Below are positions 41,071-44,884 of a stretch of 44,884 nt of DNA, piece after piece (the stretch's first letter is position 1; every line of letters starts with the position of its first letter). Under the pieces are notes generated by a model, which did not search any database, was not told the origin of the DNA, and saw only the letters and a program-made list of their open reading frames with translations. This stretch comes from Vermamoeba vermiformis (Eukaryota). The DNA lies in contig JBEWZL010000013.1 in the NCBI GenBank assembly GCA_045837725.1, forward strand, positions 620,001 through 664,884, in the 5' to 3' direction. Made by a program: the position numbers and the translations under genes.

Positions 41071-43909
41071 TATTGTAAATAAAACAAGTATATGGTTCTG
41101 TTGTAAAGTTGGCCTGGTGGCCTGTGGATTTTGCATTACCATGACTTGCCATTGCAGGTGCACTTTCATTGACTTGCATTGACTTGGGGTGCTGCAGGAG
41201 CTGGTGGAGTCATAATGTTCAATAAAGGGACTTGTGGTGTGTTGATCGACACAGAGCAAACAATGGTGCAAAGAGATTGTTGGTTTGATGTGACCAAATT
41301 TTATTTTTACCTGTAATATGGAAGCAATATGTGAGTTCTTGTGCTTCCAAAGAGTCAAGAAACTATCCAAGCTAAGCTAAAAGGAGAGCAGTAACAATGG
41401 AGGTGATGATGATTTCATCTGCCAAGGAACTGTTGAACCAAACATAATCATGCCAAGATCCCTTGTATTCAAGAATTTTCCGACAAGTGATTGTGTGTTT
41501 CTGTGGGCTGTGGTGTTTCGTCAGTGATATACAAGGTTAAAGTGGTAAATCACTTGTATGTGTTGAGTTGACTCAAACACTGAGTGCTGCCTCTGCTATT
41601 ATGAATAATAAATGTAAAGGTGACTTGATTTCATCCTGTGCCTGCAAATCCAATTACTAGATATTGTTGTGCCAAGTAGTGTGATCTAATTCCAAAATAT
41701 CACTGCACATTGATTGCATCTAAAGTAAGTTTAAACTGTAGGTTATCAAAATTAAAATATAGAATGAATTAATGTTGTTTTTATAGGTTTAGTGTGAGGC
41801 TGACTTAGTGGATTGGTGGAAGGATAGGACTAATGCACTTAATTGTCATGATAGTTGAAGATTCAAGGCCTGTAAGTAATATATGATGATTGTGCTACAT
41901 AGTGACTAAATTAATATGACAGCAGATTGGCTAAATCAGCTAAAGTGGTGAAGAAATGTGATCTGCAACTTGACTGGATTTGAAAATTAGGTATGAATTA
42001 ATCAGTATATTAGAGAAATGTGATCCACAACTTGATTGGTTCACGAACTAACTAATAGTGTTGCGGTTCAAAAGTATGTTAATTTACCCTTTAATAATTA
42101 TATATATACTTAGGCTTAGTCCTTTTAAGGGTTATAAGCCTTTTCCTGTGGGATAACCCCAAAATTGTAACTTTTATAAATAAACTAGAATTTCACTATA
42201 CAATTTCAAGTTTTGTATATTTGGATTGCATGTTTTTCTGTGACAGAACCCTGAACCATCCAAGATTCAAAAAATACAGATTCGGTGGTTTATTTTATAA
42301 AAGGAGTTTACAATTACAAGAAACCAAGGTGTATCTCCCTGGCATAACTAAAAAACCAAGGTGTCGGGGTAAGTCAAAAAAGTTATAAATAAAATTGAAA
42401 ATTGTATGTTATCGGAGGGTATTGTAAAAATGCATTTGGGTATATTTCATTTTTTTATTCAGAAAACCCATAGTACATGGAAGTGCAAGTTGAACAAAAA
42501 AAACGGCACATCAAAATATGCCGTAGAGCTGAAGTTACAGCCTGTTTTCTTGAAAATCAACTGGGAAACCCCCATTTTACTCTAAGGCACCCATATTAGG
42601 AAGAGTTTCACTGGTTTGTAATCATGATTTGATGCTTTGAAGGTTGCCAGATCATGGTACACAAAAGAATTGGAGTCTGATGCTTACTTGAGTGTTCCTA
42701 GGGCAAATACAGTGCAAAAAGCAAGTATATAGCATGGAATAGCCTAAAAAGGAAATTAGTGGTGCATATCAGGGGTCCATGAGGTAGACATTTGCAAAAC
42801 ACTCCTCTTGGCACTTGTGTGCATATGATCTGGCAATTACTAACAGTTTCCCTCCATCATTTATATGCCTTGCACTTCCCAGCTGAAAACTGAGTTTTCT
42901 ACTTGCCTAATATAGAAATATAGTAAAGTGATCAGCAAATCGTTAGTAATTGATAAAAACTGTTGGGACAAGTTTCAACTTTAGTAACCATGGTGCAACA
43001 AATGCCAACTGCCCCATCATTTCCTAATTTGGTAATTACTGTCAAATCCCGAAATTTCAGTTAAAAAACAGAATTTACAAGGATTACGAGCAACAAGGAA
43101 GTCGTTAGTAATTGCCGGAATTTGGTGCGGCAAGTTCAAATCATTGTTTTTTGTAAAGGTCCACTTATGATGTCCATAACCTCTTGCCATATATGGTTAT
43201 ATTTGCTAGTTACACTAACTGCCTGTTACCACCTTGGAGCATTCTGGCAAACAGTTAGTAATTGACAGAATTTGACGGGACAAGTTGGAATGGTATGTAC
43301 ATGCTGTAAAGCATTGTTTATGCTGGCAACCTTCCTAATTTGGAAATTGCTAATGATTTCCGAATGGGGCAGCAATGATTGAAAATTTGCAGATTTTTGC
43401 AAGTGATTTCAAGGGCCAACATCAAATTTTATTAAAATCTTACAAAACATCGATTTTCCAACAATAATCCTCCCAATGCCCCCCAAATATACCCAAATGC
43501 ATTTTTACAATACCTTTCGATTGTTCATTTTATCAAATTTGGTACACTTGAGGCTACAGTACCAAGGCTTGCACGGCAGAAGGGCTAGCACTAGGGCTTG
43601 TGTAGGGGTTAACAAATCTATATATACAAAATCAAAATCCGTATATATATGTTTAGTGACTATGCAAAAAGACAGAATGCTCGGTGCCAATATCCATGTG
43701 CTGATGCACTGGTACAGCAACTGGAATTTTTTGTTAATATGTATATAGGAAAATGATAATTGTATATATGAAAATAAAAGTATCCATACCATGCACTTGC
43801 CTGCAGCACTTTGCAGTTTCGCCAAGTCGAGTCCATTTCTATATAAACAATAATCAAATTTGTATATACGAAATATGGGGTTTTGGTTGTAGAACTTGGA
43901 AACATTTGC
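41071..43909. mobile_element. CpG-depleted, decayed repeat/transposon-like block (family unassigned)
   Basis: Abrupt loss of CpG, no intact ORFs, internal degenerate repeats, and interruption of the upstream coding remnant. Confidence 0.5.
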
Positions 43910-44087
43910 CAAAGGTTATACTTTTTATCTAGGGTTATACCTCGACCGTAGTCCAAGGACTACGCTCAAACTCAGAATTCTCGACTGAGTGTAGTCCAAG
44001 GACTACGCTCAAATCAAGAATTCCCAACTGAGCGTAGTCCGAGGACTACGGTCAAAGTATAACCCTGGATAAAAGTATAACCCTTTG
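43910..44087. mobile_element. MITE/foldback-like unit with about 45-bp terminal inverted repeats
   Basis: 43910-43954 CAAAGGTTATACTTTTTATCTAGGGTTATACCTCGACCGTAGTCC is the near reverse complement of 44043-44087. Confidence 0.5.
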
Positions 44088-44574
44088 ATGACCGTAGTCC
44101 AAGGACTACGCTCAAATCCAGAATTCTCAACTGAGCGTAGTCCGAGGACTATGGTCAAATCCAGAATTCTTGACTGAGCGTAGTCCTTGGACTACACTCA
44201 AATACAGAATTCTTAACTTACCATCAACATCCAAACACATTACACTGTGAGGCATATGCCATTGAGGAACTAATATGAATGTATTAGTATTCGTATATAC
44301 AAATTTGAAAAGTATTTGTACAAATTACCAACTTATGTAAATTAAGAGTGACCGTAGTCCAAGGACTACGCTCAAACTCAGAATTCTCAACTGAGTGTAG
44401 TCCTTGGACTACGCTCAAATCCAGAATTCTCAACTGAGCGTAGTCCGAGGACTACGGTCAAATGCAGAATTCCCAACTGAGCGTAGTCCGAGGACTACGC
44501 TCAAATCCAGAATTCTTGATAATTCCAGGGTTATACTTTTGTATACTTTGAGCGTAGTCCTTGGACTACGCTCG
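43943..44574. repeat. Array of 11 palindromic units with 43-bp period, in two clusters
   Basis: Unit TGA(G/C)CGTAGTCC-NN-GGACTACG(C/G)TCA plus a conserved AA(T/C)(C/T)CAGAATTCYYAAC-like linker. Starts at about 43943, 43986, 44029, 44089, 44132, 44175, 44349, 44392, 44435, 44478 and 44549. Confidence 0.92.
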
Positions 44575-44884
44575 AATTGGAAATTTACGGGTTATGTAAA
44601 AGGTCGAAAAACTGTGAGAACATACCTAGCTCTATTATAGCTGGCCTCAATCATTCAACGGCAAAAGAGGAAGGTAGTTGTGACATTATCTGCAGGAGTA
44701 ACGTTAATAGTAATTAATTTTACACGTGAATTAGTTATTTAATTAATGCAAATGTTAATTTCTATATACAAAATTTAAATTCATATAGTCGATACTGTTA
44801 ACTTACATGCATAAGCTTTAATTAAGGGTATTATAGGCAGATGCGACACTATATGTGGTGTTTGTGTTGAAAATTGAAAGTTTA

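Noticed and set aside
43928..44085. Telomeric repeat (AGGGTTA resembles TTAGGG)
   Set aside because: The motifs are isolated and occur in both orientations as part of inverted termini, not as a tandem tract.
43943..44574. CRISPR array
   Set aside because: The linkers between palindromes are near-identical 17-mers rather than unique spacers, no cas genes are present, and the context is eukaryotic.

Overview
Eukaryotic nuclear DNA from a very gene-dense, AT-rich protist-type genome. Gene content looks amoebozoan-like, which is an inference only. The genetic code is standard and there are many GT-AG introns, mostly 43-65 nt, with longer AT-rich introns near gene 5' ends. Positions 1-39 kb hold about 19 spliced genes and one tRNA-Leu(CAG). 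The genes are a cAMP-receptor-like GPCR, EMC7, an EGF/GPI surface protein, an F-box-small GTPase fusion, an RNI-like LRR and an F-box/LRR protein, DNAJC17, a twin-CX9C protein, a PTS2 acyl-CoA oxidase, a YkgJ-type Cys-cluster protein, two tandem GPI surface-protein paralogs, a TPR-MYND protein, a PTTG1IP-like PSI protein, a GMC oxidoreductase, a PP2C, a GH92 mannosidase, a CLC protein and two unknowns. After about 39.3 kb a frameshifted membrane-protein pseudogene is cut off near 41.07 kb by a sharply CpG-depleted, gene-free block that ends in an array of eleven palindromes with a 43-bp period. The most notable observations are a CLC with Asp in place of the gating Glu plus other pore changes, an F-box/pseudo-GTPase/CaaX fusion, the CpG-depleted repeat domain with its palindrome array, and a local conversion-like tract between the surface-protein paralogs. 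Gene models were assembled by eye and family calls come from motif recognition, not database searches.
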